This document shows, piece by piece, positions 46,330 through 58,888 of a DNA stretch of 64,000 nucleotides. The notes under the pieces were generated by a model. The model did not search any database, was not told the origin of the DNA, and worked only from the letters and a program-made list of their open reading frames with translations. Each line of letters starts with the position of its first letter. The stretch's first letter is position 1. Both the position numbers and the translations under genes were made by a program. Where the stretch lies: the NCBI RefSeq assembly GCF_041146345.1, contig NW_027191413.1:1240001-1304000 (forward strand), written 5' to 3'. The stretch is from Neodothiora populina (Eukaryota).

Positions 46330-47288
46330 CTATGCCTGTCTGGTCTTGCTTCTGGGCTTGGCGCCGCTCTTGACTCTTCTGGCCTCGGGACGCTGCAAAT
46401 GTCCGGCAGGGATCCAGCTCTCGTCGTATGCCTGAGCACCGCTGGTGACGGCAGGGCCATCAGCGCCGATGACGCTGACCTGGTCGGCAGGGTCGACCTT
46501 CTTGGTGCCTTGGGACGAACGCTTGGCGCGCTCACCACCCTTGCCACGGCCCTTCTTCTGAGGGAAGAGGGTGGTGATCCAGGTGTTGTAGATGAAGTAG
46601 CAGGTGCCGGCGAAGACTCCAGAGAGGATGACGTAGAGGAAGATGCTGGACAAGAGATCAGCAAGTGGCAACAAGAACACGACAGGAGATGGCTTACATC
46701 TGAGGGTCGAAGAAGGAGGTAGGGGCCTCGACGACAGAGACAGTCTCGTTGTAGAATTGAGAAGTGTAGACTCCGTGACCGGCTGCGTTCTGGAGAACAG
46801 CAGCGAGGTTCAGGGTGAGGTCCTGGGGGTGCATCTCGGTTGCGAAGCTGTACGTCAAAGTCTCCTTCTCGCCAGCGGGGATGGTGACATCGTAACGGGC
46901 GGCGGTCAAGTTGCGGACAATGACAGGAGGCTCAGGAGCTCCAGGAACTCCGACTGGTGTCAGGAGAGAACCGCCAACAAACAGGAGGTTGATGGCCTCG
47001 GGCTCATTGTTTGCGATGGACAGGATAGCCTGAGTGGCATGGCCATTGACGAGCTTGACACCAAACACCTCGCTGTCGGGGAAAGATGCAGAAATGTCGA
47101 CATTGAGCTTGGGCGAGGTGCTTGGATTCTCCAGCTCCTCTTCCATCGACGAATCGACCTGTTCATATTCAATCAGCAATTGACCAAGGCTTGTTCTGAG
47201 CTTGTTTCAAGTATACCTCAGGCGCAGCAAGGGCATTGTAGGCGTTGAAGGCGAGGAGAGCGAGAGCGCTGAGCTTGAGAGACACCAT
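46330..47288 (-). CDS. IRC22: Translocon-associated protein alpha (TRAP-alpha / Irc22)
   Basis: Exons 47288-47217, 47158-46698 and 46645-46330. Signal peptide, FPDSEVFGVKLVNG, YSFATEMHPQDL, VEAPTSFFDPQIIFLY followed by a TM helix, and YDESWIPAGHL. Confidence 0.92.
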
Positions 47289-47691
47289 TTTGACAGATCT
47301 ACTACCCTGCGACGACACAATGCCAGAAAATAGAAAGAGGGAATAAAGTGGTGATGGGAGCTATGAGGTTACTCGGTGTATCACCGAAAGTGCAACATAA
47401 TGCGCATCGCCTTCCCTGACAGGCAAGAGGCAAGAGGCAAGATGCAAGCTGGCTCTTGGCGCATTTGTCTGTGATGCCTCGGATAGGCCACATCTTTGAG
47501 AGCAACCCTGTCCATTACGTATGACATTTATCAACTACATCAAATGTTCACGTACTCCTGATTGTGACTTTTCATATAATTGCTAGCAGACGAGGTATGA
47601 CCACGCATTCGAGCTCTAATCTTATAATACAGGTGGTGGTAATCTGGGTCAAGACTCCTCTCAGTATCATCACTGACCACAATCGCGTCCC

Positions 47692-49283
47692 TCAGGTGAC
47701 CTTGCTTGTTCTGACAGCAGTAATATCTTGACCGTGCATGTTAGCAGGAAACCTGCAACTGCTGCCATTGGAGCACACTTTGCCCCGCTTGTTGCTGTCT
47801 GTGTTCCCGGGGAAAGGGCAGTTATGTCCGTGAATGCAACTCTCGTCGCCGCACTCAGGTCCATGAATGCAGGGCGACATACGCGCAATGAGCTTGAGCG
47901 TCTCGATCTCCGACTTGGTGCATTTATACCCATGTTCGTGTACGCAGGCTTCGTCAGGATGGGCGCAGCCGTGACGTAGGTAATGCGCATTGCATAGCTT
48001 CAAAGTCCTGATTCTATTCACCTCCTCGCGCTTGTACACTGGAGGTATTGGATTCAGCCGCTCACCGTACTTGTTACAGCGGATCTTGGGCTCTGGAGGT
48101 TCCGGCATCGTGAAGATCTTACTGGCCGACTTCACTGGGAACGACATGCCTTTGATTGCTGTGGAAGCCCATGTTATCGGTCGTGGCGAGGACTGGTCGA
48201 TAGACGTCCTCGGTGACGCGATTGACATCTTTGATGAGAAGTTGTCGAGACCACTGTCCGGCCTTGCCGACAACGCTGGCGTCGATATTGGAGGTGTAGG
48301 TGGTCCCAATGGAACTCCAATGACTGATGGGAGCGACATGACTCCAGCAGGCACCATCTCCGAGATCTGGTCTGTAAAGTGGTGAACTTCCATCTGTGTG
48401 TTTCGAAAGATACCTGGCATCCGCAAAGAACAAAACGGCAACTCCTCAAGCTCAGGATCAAGCGGCAGTCCCGACAGCAGAGATATTCGTTTGCGACAAC
48501 CTTCGCTGGAAGCAAGATCCTGTAACATGGGCGCATAAACCGATTCATCCGAGCATCCCAGTATGATTTGCTTGCATCGACGCTCGTAAAGATGCAGGTT
48601 TAATTGAGCTATAATATGAGTTAATGGTATGCGGAACATCCAAGAGCAGCAGTGCTTACCTTCGATCTTGTCGATTATCGTTGCTCTACCACTGCTGTAC
48701 ACGTTGACGATATCGAACAGCGCTCGATCCTGGACAAAACCACGCGCAAAATTGCCAATTTGGTCGCTGCGCTGGATGATCTTGTTTTGTAAGCACAGAT
48801 CCGCGAGCTCTTCAAGATCAACGTAGACGCGCACTAGGACCTTGGTCTCGGATGGTAGGTCATCGATGGTGGAGAAGATGTGTTCGTTCAACGCCTGATG
48901 GAGTTTCGCGGCACACCTCCTGCCTCCGTTATCACCATCGCAGAGATAGCTGTTTCGAAAGACTAAATCAGAACCATCTATGAGGACGAGCACGAAAGGA
49001 TTACGGTCAAGGATCTCTTCGAGCTCACGCGTGCTCTGCTGCAATGTGTGTGTGTTCTGGTGTAACGTCTGCAAATTCACATGTACCCATTGGCGTTCGC
49101 GATCAAAGTCGGCGCGTTCTTGTACCAGACGCCCAGAGACATATTGGTAGCGCTGTAGAAGATCCTGCAGATACGTCAGCGCAAATTATACCGAGCATCA
49201 TCGACATAATATACCTCTATCAGAGAGTCTCTATTCGCATCAATGCTTCTTATAGTCTTATATTCTTGCAGAAGGGTGGTCAT
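47692..49283 (-). CDS. CCCH zinc-finger protein with an N-terminal coiled coil and a fungal NYN/PIN-like (DUF7923-type) domain
   Basis: Exons 49283-49215, 49164-48660 and 48608-47692. Contains NPFVLVLIDG...GGRRCAAKL...FARGF and C-terminal LCNAHYLRHGC..C.HEH, PCIHGPECGDESCIHGHNCP and CSNGSSCRFPANMH fingers. Confidence 0.82.
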
Positions 49284-49992
49284 TGTTCCATCCTCAGTAA
49301 TGCTTTCGTGGTTCTCAAGGCCAGCCATTTTCTTTTAATATAAATTTGTCTTGTGTGGCATCAATTGTAGATCTGTTATACCGAGATATGGTATGTGATG
49401 GGTACGAAAGAAGGAAAGTGTTTTTATACAGGAAGGAGAGAGGGGGAGAGAGAGAACGAGAGCAAGTGAGAGTGAAATGGCACACGGAGAAATGAGACAC
49501 TTTGAGGGTCAACGAACGTGGGACCTACGATGGTGTTTTGGGAAGGTGCCGTTTGACATAGTCACAAGTCCACTTATCTAACTTGAGGTGGCTAACATAC
49601 CTACCAAATGTACCACTTTGTCTCATATCAATAACTCTACAGCCTGAAATCCTGACTTGATGTTGTTGATGCATCTCCAGCGCTTATTCCGATGCAGCGC
49701 TGAAAGAAATACCTTGTCGACCCTACAAGTCGAAGGAAGAATGAAACCCACAAACCACATCTCCGCAAAGCAATTTGACTGTTAGCGCTCATGAAAAGTC
49801 CTGTTGTGAAGTGCATATTGCTGCAGCTTGCCGCGAGGAGAAAACAACGCCAGAACACTCCCCCATTGGTCTAACAGCCGGGCCTCTGTATGTGGCGTTA
49901 CCGCGCCTATGCGATGCATCAAGCAGATGGATGAAACAAGACACATGCAGTCTTGCATAATCTATACATTCTCTTTCTTGCCAACAGTAACA

Positions 49993-50881
49993 TTACTCGC
50001 GCTTCCACTCCTCGAATTCGTCTTGCAAATGGCGCTTCAGAGATGACCACCGGTCAAACTCCTTGCCACAGCGCCAGCAATGCATCTCATCTTGTAAGTA
50101 GCCACCACGATCGCGTTTCCGCCTCACATCATAGTCGGCCAACGGAAACTCCTCTAGACGAACCAAGAAAGGCGTGGTGAAGCTCTGATAGTGGCCATGG
50201 CTTTTGAGACACTCGTTGACCATGTCTCTTGACATAACGTGAACATGCAGATGGTTCATGGACGGACCTGCGTGTATGCCAGCAATCACGTCTTTCTTCC
50301 AGTCTCTGCCAGCGGGCATTTCGTCCGGAGGGTCGTCGGATTCCATAGCCTCCAACCGTGGTCTATCTGATGCAGAGAATTTGCCAAAACGACGACGAAG
50401 TTCACTTGCTACCATCACTTTAGCCTTCTCCACTTCCTCGATGGTTTCGGCCAGTAGATGAGGATCCTCAAAAGCCTCAAAAGGGTGAAGGATATTGCGC
50501 GGTGACTTTGGCAAGACGAGAGTGTGTACCGATGACTTGGGATACATGTCGTTGATGAACACAGCCCTCTCGTTATGGTAGATGACCCGACTTGACGGAA
50601 AGGCATCAGGATCTGCCGTATAGGCGCCGAGGCCATCTCTGCCGTGGAAGTATAGCTGCTTTCGTTGGTCTCGCTTGGGTTTTGACGGCGACACCTTGAC
50701 TTTCTTTGACATTAGTTCTGTGACTGTCAATGATCAGATCAAGCCAATAAGGTGAGATAGGTTTAGACTTACAAGCATTCTTAGAACCATTAGTGCGAGG
50801 CGAGTCTGGGATCGTAGTTCCAGTCATTTCTTCTACCGTAATGGCCTCCGCCTGATCGTGATCATGGCTGGACTTTGTCAT
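49993..50881 (-). CDS. HNT3: Aprataxin-like DNA 5'-adenylate hydrolase (HIT domain plus C2HE zinc finger)
   Basis: Exons 50881-50773 and 50723-49993. Contains DMYPKSSVHTLVLP, the HIT motif GIHAGPSMNHLHVHV, HYQSFTTPF, and the C-terminal finger CWRCGKEF...LKRHLQDEF. Confidence 0.93.
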
Positions 50882-51458
50882 GCTGCCGTACTTCCCTACG
50901 AGATGAGAACGTCTCAAGGTCTGCGTTGGCTTTCTATACTTGCCCCTCAGCTGGGCGAGCAAAATCCTTGTTGAATGCAGCGTCACTTTATATAATTAAT
51001 ATGCTATGCACCTCGAGCCTTTCCCCGTCGATGATTCATAAGTATCGCTGCTGCCTTGAACTCGATCAGGATCCTGGACCAATCAAGAACGACGTAATGT
51101 TGGTTACACGAATTGCCTTGATTATCAACGCACACCAATTGACCAAACGTGAAGACTATTACCGTTTTGCCACCTTGGCCTGACTACCTCACCTCAATTC
51201 ACCTCACTTTAGTTACTCTATGTCCTACGAATACTCAACAGTGAAGAGTGCTTACGTCATTACTCATTTACTCTGCACGTGAGTTCGTGCTCCGAGTGAC
51301 GCGGGTTTTTGCTTTCCACACGGTACCGTATCATACCTTAGAAAGTTATCGCTCATTCTGATACTGCGACGTGATGATGCTATAATGGTGATGGGGCTCT
51401 GTCTCACTATAGTGTTACCACCGTAAGCTGCAAAGGCCTCTCTACTGGCTTGTCAATT

Positions 51459-51459
<1 letters not shown>

Positions 51460-51492
<33 letters not shown>
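51460..51492. repeat. (ACT)11 microsatellite about 20 nt upstream of the DUF4211 gene ATG
   Basis: Read directly from the sequence. Confidence 0.9.
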
Positions 51493-51493
<1 letters not shown>

Positions 51494-51513
51494 TAACAAA
51501 CTTAATCACGAAG

Positions 51514-53574
51514 ATGGGTCCTTCAAAACGAAGTCGCCAGAGTCGACTCGTTTTCTCACCACTTCCTTCATCTTCGCCAGCTTCGTCACAATACAACAAG
51601 CAGATACGAGACCGTGCGGCTGCCGTCAGAATAGAAGACTCTCCAAGCCCAGCGAAGAGAAGAAGAGTGCGCGACGCACCAGGTACTTCCTCACTGAAGG
51701 CGATACCTCTGGACGACGACAGCGATAAGAATGTTCTGCCCACACCCGACGCTACTCTTGCAAGCCCAGAAGTCATTAGTGATGATGGCAAACTGAATCA
51801 GCACACTCAGCCTTCGCAGAGGATGTCGTCCCGCAAGAAAATGAAGCAGAAGAGACTTCAGTTTGATTCAAGTCCTCCCAGCGCATCTAAAATGTCCGTC
51901 AACATGGCACCGCCTGTCAAGCCTTACACTATGCCACCCTCGCCTATGCCGAAAGCTGGCTTCTTCGGAACACAGAAGACAATGGACTACGAGTCTAGTG
52001 ATGATGAAGTCCAGCACGGTGGTCACACGAGCAGCTCGGACAGCGAACGAGTTGTTGCCAAAAGCACCAAAGGCAAACGCAAACGGTCGCCACGCCCCCA
52101 GGAAACACGACAGGATGACGCAGAGAAGGGAGAAGATGAAGACGATGAGGAAGACGCTGCGCCTACGACTCCTGCTGCACGTCGTCGTCGCAGAGTTCAA
52201 GAAGAGCAGCCGAAGACCGAAAGCGATGGCCAGCAGGAGTCATCCCCATTTGCTGCAGCCGAGGAGGATGATAGCGATGATGATGTTGTTGTCACCGGAT
52301 CCCGCTCGCGGTCCAAGAGAAAGGTGGTATCGAGATCATCCGACGAAGGCTCCCCGGTGGAGCAACCTAGATCGCGGAAGAGGTTACGTCGTCTGAATCC
52401 GATCAGCGAGGAAGAGCAGCAAGACCTCGAAGAAGATCTACGAGATCTCGCATCAAGTGGCAGTGAAACGGAGATCCGTCCCTCGCAGAAGAAGAAGACA
52501 AATCCACGACTGGAGGCATTAGCTCGACTGAAGCGCAAGCGAGAAGGTGGTCCGACCGATATCCAGGACGGCAACGGCGATGCTACGGAGCACAACGAAG
52601 AAGATGAAAGTTACGATGAAGACGCGAACCTGGGTGGTCCGGACGAACAAGACAACGATGACGATGAATTTGCAGCACTTGCGCCCAGTGGGCTCACACG
52701 AAAACAGATGTTTCATCGTGACGAGGATGATGAGGGCTTCGTCATAGAAGACGACGACGGTACGCTAGGAGTTCCTGAGACTGTACCCATACAGTACACG
52801 CGCTACGCATCTATGAAGGCCAAAGACCTGTTCAGATACGCCATTGACTGGATGGTGCAGAAGAAGATAAATCCAGCCTTTCCGATGCAGGATGAGATCT
52901 ATGACCTCACCTTCAAGAAACTGGACGATGAAGTCAAAGGACTCGCAGGGTCGAAGTTCGTCTCCTCAGCCTGGACGCCAGAGTTCAAGTTTACGCTCGA
53001 AGCAAGACCAGATCTTGTGTCTTCACGTATCGACCGTGGCTCTGCCGAACATTTTCTGAGGGACAAGTGTGACGCTTGCAACAGATCCGGCCATCCCGCT
53101 ACATATGAGCTGCTGTTCCAAGGCAGACCTTACCATGCCAGCACCCTCGAGCCTGTCGCGCGTGCAGGAGACTCGGACTCGGATTCCGACTCGGCTTCGA
53201 GCTCAGCGTCCGAACCTGGCGACGGTGACGACGTAGCATACGACTCCAAAGGACGTCCTATAGCCCTCTCGGATAGAGTCTTCTACGTGGGCAAGTTCTG
53301 CATGTTCAACGCACAAACCGCCCATTCCTTGAGCCACTGGCGCTATCATCTCTATGAATGGGTCGTCGACTACCTCAACCAGGCAGGTTACAATGCTCCA
53401 GAGAAGATCGTCAAGCGTGATAGCTGGTCTACCCGCAAACGCAGGAAATACGGAGACAAGATTGTCGATGCCATGCAGACGGACGGCAAGATCAAGGCTC
53501 TCTACAGGGACTTCAAGAACGAGATTGACACGGCGAGGAATGCGAAGATAGGGCGCTTCGACTCTTCTCCTTGA
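51514..53574 (+). CDS. DUF4211 (CCDC82-like) nuclear protein
   Basis: 686-aa intronless ORF. The N-terminal half is low-complexity with basic NLS-like runs. The conserved C-terminal part contains WMVQKKINPAF, GSKFVSSAWTPEF, CDACNRSGHPA and FYVGKFC...AHSLSHWRYHL. Confidence 0.8.
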   Translation: MGPSKRSRQSRLVFSPLPSSSPASSQYNKQIRDRAAAVRIEDSPSPAKRRRVRDAPGTSSLKAIPLDDDSDKNVLPTPDATLASPEVISDDGKLNQHTQPSQRMSSRKKMKQKRLQFDSSPPSASKMSVNMAPPVKPYTMPPSPMPKAGFFGTQKTMDYESSDDEVQHGGHTSSSDSERVVAKSTKGKRKRSPRPQETRQDDAEKGEDEDDEEDAAPTTPAARRRRRVQEEQPKTESDGQQESSPFAAAEEDDSDDDVVVTGSRSRSKRKVVSRSSDEGSPVEQPRSRKRLRRLNPISEEEQQDLEEDLRDLASSGSETEIRPSQKKKTNPRLEALARLKRKREGGPTDIQDGNGDATEHNEEDESYDEDANLGGPDEQDNDDDEFAALAPSGLTRKQMFHRDEDDEGFVIEDDDGTLGVPETVPIQYTRYASMKAKDLFRYAIDWMVQKKINPAFPMQDEIYDLTFKKLDDEVKGLAGSKFVSSAWTPEFKFTLEARPDLVSSRIDRGSAEHFLRDKCDACNRSGHPATYELLFQGRPYHASTLEPVARAGDSDSDSDSASSSASEPGDGDDVAYDSKGRPIALSDRVFYVGKFCMFNAQTAHSLSHWRYHLYEWVVDYLNQAGYNAPEKIVKRDSWSTRKRRKYGDKIVDAMQTDGKIKALYRDFKNEIDTARNAKIGRFDSSP

Positions 53575-53935
53575 AGCGAGAACTTGATCACTAGAACTTG
53601 TAGTACCCTCGTGCCGCAAGTCCGTTTGCAGTTCATGCTCACGGAGTGGTCTTCATCCGCTGCGTGAATGGTGCTTCGCAAGCCGGCATGCTTTCTCGAC
53701 CTTACCGTCCTGCCCTGGAACTTTAGATACTCCGAACTGGATGGAAGGACATCTGCCACCTCTTCGATCCAGGTACAGCAATCTAGGGAATTTGATTTTC
53801 GGTCCCGCGAGCCTTGATACCCCATTTCCAGCGAGACAGATATAATACAATTTTCATAACTCATATCCATCATTTCGTATCATCGTGAGCCGACCATAGC
53901 CCTAGCCACATAAAGGACCCTCTCGTCATCCCCTG

Positions 53936-54434
53936 CTACCTCATCATCCTAACCCGTTCTCCACCACCATTCTCATTCCCATTCCCGCCAGCAGCAGCAG
54001 CAGCAGCAGCACCCTGCCCTCCACCTACCCCCTCCACCCGACCTTCAGCCCCTCCCCCTCCCAGTCCCCCCCGCAAAGCCCCCAACGCCTCCCTATCCGG
54101 CGGGCCCCCGTCCAGAATCCTCTCGAGCCCAAGATCCCTCCAAATCGGCTCTCTAGCGCGCTGCGTCGCCCTCTGAATCCCAAACGCCGCGTGTTGCTCC
54201 GGCACGACGTCGTCTTCGTCGTCGGGGTTCAGCGGCTGGTGCTGGGGCGGCACGTAGATTTCTTCTGGCGGTAGGTGCACCGAGGGCCCGCGGGTGAAGT
54301 CTTCGAGCAGGTCCGCGTGGTGCGACGAGTGTAGGTGCAGGTGGCTGAAGGTGGAGTCTTTGGTCTTTTTTTTTGGTGATCGGAGTTAGGGAAATTCATG
54401 GGATGGTACAATGGTAGGGGTGTGTTCTTACCAT
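53936..54434 (-). CDS. APC13: Anaphase-promoting complex subunit Apc13-like protein
   Basis: An ATG-only first coding exon (54434-54432) is followed by intron 54431-54365 (GTAAGA..CTAAC..AAG) and exon 54364-53936. The product is MTKDSTFSHLHLHSSHHADLLEDF...LPPEEIYVPPQHQPLNPDDEDDVVPEQHAAFGIQRATQRAREPIWRDLGL, matching fungal Apc13 as I recall it. Confidence 0.78.
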
Positions 54435-55036
54435 GGTTGATCAGGTACTTGTGCTTTTATTGCCGGATTGTTATGCGTGGATTGTGGTAGAGGTCTTTAG
54501 GAGGCTAAGAGTAGATACGAGAGGGTATTTGCGGCAGTAGTTGCGGAAGCGCTGCGAAGGAGTGTTATATGACTGCTGGCACAAGTCATCCGCAGTCTCT
54601 ATCGAGCAGTGTTCTGCAATCGAGTAACGTAGACAAGTTAAAGATAATAAATAATAATTACAACTCTACAGAATGCATCCATCCCATCCCCAAAGCCGGA
54701 GTGGTAAACACAAGGACTGAGAAGTCGCAACGCCGCCGAAAAGAGCCTAGCGCCGGGACTACGAATCTTGGCTTGGCAAGCGAAGCGATCCCGCACCTGG
54801 CACGCCGCCTCTTCCAAAATCTGACGAGAGACTCTCTCGACTCTTTTTTTGATAGTAGAGAACGACGACTAGACGCGACACCAGCCCGAAAACCCCACAG
54901 CCTTACGACTCCAAAGTGCGTTTGAACAAAAACCCCCTTCGTCGAATTACGGACACCTCGAAGATCACTATTTTTTCTGACAGTTAGCGAAACATAAAAG
55001 GTCCTTTATTCCGGCTTCAAGCAATAAACCGCAATC

Positions 55037-55537
55037 ATGTCTCACGAATCCGTCTGGTACTCTCGCCCTCGCACTTACGGCAAGGGCGCCCGCGGCTGGT
55101 ACGTTTTGTCCGATTATCAGAATCTCTGAAGGAGCGATGGGAAAAGAGATGTGATATGGAAATGAAGTTGGGATTACACCGCGAGAGAGGACGTCGACGA
55201 GGACGTGGTTATTATCGTCACTTGCTGGGTTCAAAAAAGGCTGACATTTTCTTCTCTTTCACACAGCCGCGTCTGCACCCACAAGGCCGGTCTCGTCCGC
55301 AAGTACGGCCTCAACATCTGCCGTCAGTGCTTCCGTGAGAAGGCCACCGACATTGGTTTCACCAAGGTACGATTTTCCTCCATCGAATTGCCGCAAAGAA
55401 AAGGCGACATAGCCAGGATTTTGTCGTTTCATCTTTCGCGACACGACAGAGAGAAGTCATCACATCGCAGCAAGCATCTTTACCACCACAAGGATCACAA
55501 AGTACTGACAAGTCCATCTTCTTCACAGCACCGATAA
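55037..55537 (+). CDS. RPS29: 40S ribosomal protein S29 (uS14)
   Basis: Exons 55037-55098, 55267-55366 and 55529-55537 give [56 protein letters not shown]. Confidence 0.98.
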
Positions 55538-58500
55538 ACGTATCGTTTCGGCACAAAAGGGAATAAAAAGTCGGAATGTCGTTTGGCTGTCGGACAACAC
55601 GCAAAGTTGCAAGTTTCCAGGCCAGTGAATGATGACATGGAAATGGGAGTCTACCGGGTTGCTTTTGCGTTGCCCTTTTCGTTGCTAGCTAGCTAGCCCT
55701 TGACCAGCAGCAGCAATACCGCCGGCACGATAAAAGAGAAAAAGGCATATGGGTTTACGGCTCTTTTACTACTCTCGGTCATCAATTGAAGCTTCGTCCT
55801 CTTACGCAATGTCCGTTGAATGTCTAATCAGTAGAACCTGCTTACCTTGTGCTTTCTCATCGGCTGTCCATCCCTGTTATACGAATGATGTTTGAAAGGT
55901 ACCAAGACGTCGGTGCCCGTCACGAGGTCGCATACCAAGAGACGACACCGCGCTCTGGTCCTTAGAATTGGAACCAAAACCGGCAAATGCAATTGCAAAA
56001 GTAGCGTGATTCTCGATCTTTAACCCATCTTCCCACCACCTATAGGACAACTCGAAATGGTCCGCTCTCGCCAAGTCCGTGGCCTCATGATGCTGAGATT
56101 AGCAGCTGATATTGGAGCCCAATCATGCCACCACTGCAGGCAATAATACGCTTGTCACGCAATGCGAGAGCAGACAAACAAGAGACGGTCCCGTCCAAGA
56201 GCTGATGTACTCCAGCCAGAGGTGACTGCATATTCACTGTCCTGCCTGTACAACTACCTTGTCCCAAATCCTCATGAGAAATAGAAGTGAGCCAGAATTG
56301 GAAAGAGAACCATGACCTGTATACGGGGAAAACGATGCACCGAGAAGACGGTCCATCAGACCTCAACCCGGCAGCGACCGGATCTTTTACTTTCGTGTGA
56401 GATGGGGAATGTGTTGTGCTGTCTCTGCCCTAGTGAGGATACGGCCGAACGGGCTTGAGGCAGGGTAAGAACATGTGATATAGCGGGTTTCCCATATGGT
56501 TTTTGAGCACAAAAGGTGTCTGCGCAGAGAAAATGCCGACTTGGTCTTTTCCCCATCCCCAGAAGGTACCTCAGGTATGGAGCGAGGCAGGGGGATCGGA
56601 ACCGACTACCTGTACACTCGGACGCAAGAGACGATGATGCTTTGCCGCGATACATTACAGCTGAAAAACAAAATATATATGCATATCAGAAAGTCTGGTA
56701 CGGGTCTATAATGATCAGAGAATCAAAGACAGATCTCTTGATTCCTTTTTCTTGGTCTCGGGTTCTCTGGTGCTTGATGAGGAATGCTAATTTCGGGGAA
56801 GGGTCCTATAGTAAGCTGGACTTATGAGTTTCATCATCGAACCAGGAGATTTGACGAGACCTTCTTGCACGCGACATTGGTTCGAGCCATTATTTTGGTA
56901 CAGTATGGAGTTTGGTAGCAGTTCCACCCCGGGTTTGTATTGCAATGTTAGCTCCTCAGGTTGACAGGAAACAACATGTCGACTGCACGTTGCCGTTTGG
57001 AGACTATTGTTGGCTCCATCTACTGCTGTACCACTCGCAAGAGATGCTGTTTGCGGGCGGCTCTACGTGAATGGCCCAGAAACGGGTGCACTAACCGCGA
57101 TCGTGGTCGGTGGTGGAAGATGCCGCTGCCGCACATACGCGGGCTGCAAGCTGGGCTTTCGTTGCTTACCTTACCTTATTGTACATTTACCTTATAGGCA
57201 TCACACTAAGCCGCGGGGCGAGACTTTTGATCGGTCGCTGTGAACTGAGGAGGTCCTGGACCCGTCTCGTGTGTTCGACTTGCGGCCCGGCCACTCTGAT
57301 TCTGACGATGAAGACGTTCAAAGGCTATCTTACTCAGGTAGTGTACTTGTCCAAGTAGTGTACTTGCTCGATCCGCGTGCCTTACCGTTTCGAAGTCTAC
57401 TGCTGTATGATGATGTTAATGGGGATGATGCAACGCACGCAAGAAGTCGAGCAAGCTTTATAAAAACACTCAAATAACGATCTCTTGCGTTGCGTATTTG
57501 CTATGTTTCAGAGTCTCAAAGATCTTCCGGGCGGGATGGCGGAAGCTGTCAGTGATCCGAGGGAAGTACCTATATACTTAACAGGAAAAGAAGGAAAGGT
57601 CGATGGGCAGGACAGAGAAGGCGTTGATGAGTAACTCCGTGACGTGACACTGATAGCGATGAGATAATGGTCGTTGGCAGAGGCGGCTGGAGCAGCAACA
57701 GCAGCAGCAACAGCAGAGAAAGCGTGACACAGCAAGCGGAAGCCTCCTTCACATGCCTCTCTTTCCCTCGTCCTCCCTCCCTTTTCCCTCTCAATAAGAT
57801 TGGGCTTGATGAAGTTTTATGAAGAGCGACATTTGGCCAGGGAAAGGGTTCGAATTAAGCTTTCAATATGGACGCCTCTCTAATATTGCAGTGGAGCGGT
57901 GCAGGGCCCGGCGAGCTTTAGCCGGATGAGCATAGGCGCAATCTGTAGCTAGACCAGGTCTAGGATAAGGCTAGGGTGCTGTGGTGAGCCCACAGACGGA
58001 ACCCACAGACGGTACACACAGACCCCTCGGTGCCTTGACTCTGGTCCTGACGCTTCTTCCTGACGCTTTCACATTTGCAGGCTTTGGAGGCTGTTGAGCC
58101 AATGGCCAGTGAGCAGGATCGCGCCCTCCGTTAGCTGAGCTCGGACCACCAGGTCTTCTACCAAGGCCACCCTCCCCATCTCCCCCCCATTTGCCCATCG
58201 GACCTTAGGTTGGGTCTTGGTCTTGGTTTTGGTGTGTGTGAGTGTCTCTCTGTCTTTGTCTGCACTTTAGACCGTCGGTCATGCAGCAGCAGCATATTCG
58301 GTGCACTTGCAGCCGTCAAGCTTCTTCCCAATTCAATCACACAGCTACACCTTCTCCTTGCGTCTGTTCCAATTGATACGCGCCGTTTGCCGCATCCCCG
58401 CTGCTTGTTGATTGAATTGTTCTTCGTCTCCATCCTTTTGTCTCTCTCAAACGACTCTGGGACAGGTTGAACTACACGACCCTATAGTATCTGTCTCCTT

Positions 58501-58888
58501 GCCGTTGCTGCTGCTGCTGCCGCTCGCCGCCGCTGCTGCTATCGCTGTGGTCGCGCGTCGTTCTTGTCATCGTCGTCGCCACTGCTGATTAGTGCGCCAG
58601 AGACACAGATACAGGTCACGTCCTGAGCGTGCTTAGTCCCAGTGTGCTGTGCTAGACTCGACAACTCCTCAATCGTCAAGTCTCACTCACTTCCTACGAC
58701 GCCTGGATCAATTCTCCGTTGTCACTTTTCTGCAACATCGGCCAGTGCCCTTTGCTCGCGTCTGACACGACTGCGCCACTCCCACGCTCACTCCTTACAC
58801 TATCGTTCTTCTCGTTGTCTAACAAGATTAATCCTTATCTACCAATCAATCATTTACTCGTCTTCGCGAGTATCCCAAATCACTAATC

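Noticed and set aside
10107..54434. Apparent genome-stability cluster (cdt2, TEL1, HNT3, APC13)
   Set aside because: The genes are spread over 44 kb among unrelated housekeeping genes, and nothing in the sequence distinguishes this from chance.
55600..58200. Many short ORFs in the gap between RPS29 and G-beta (similarly 60200-63100 and 1-1600)
   Set aside because: No recognisable domains, codon bias, consistent splice structure, transposase or reverse-transcriptase remnants, or terminal repeats.
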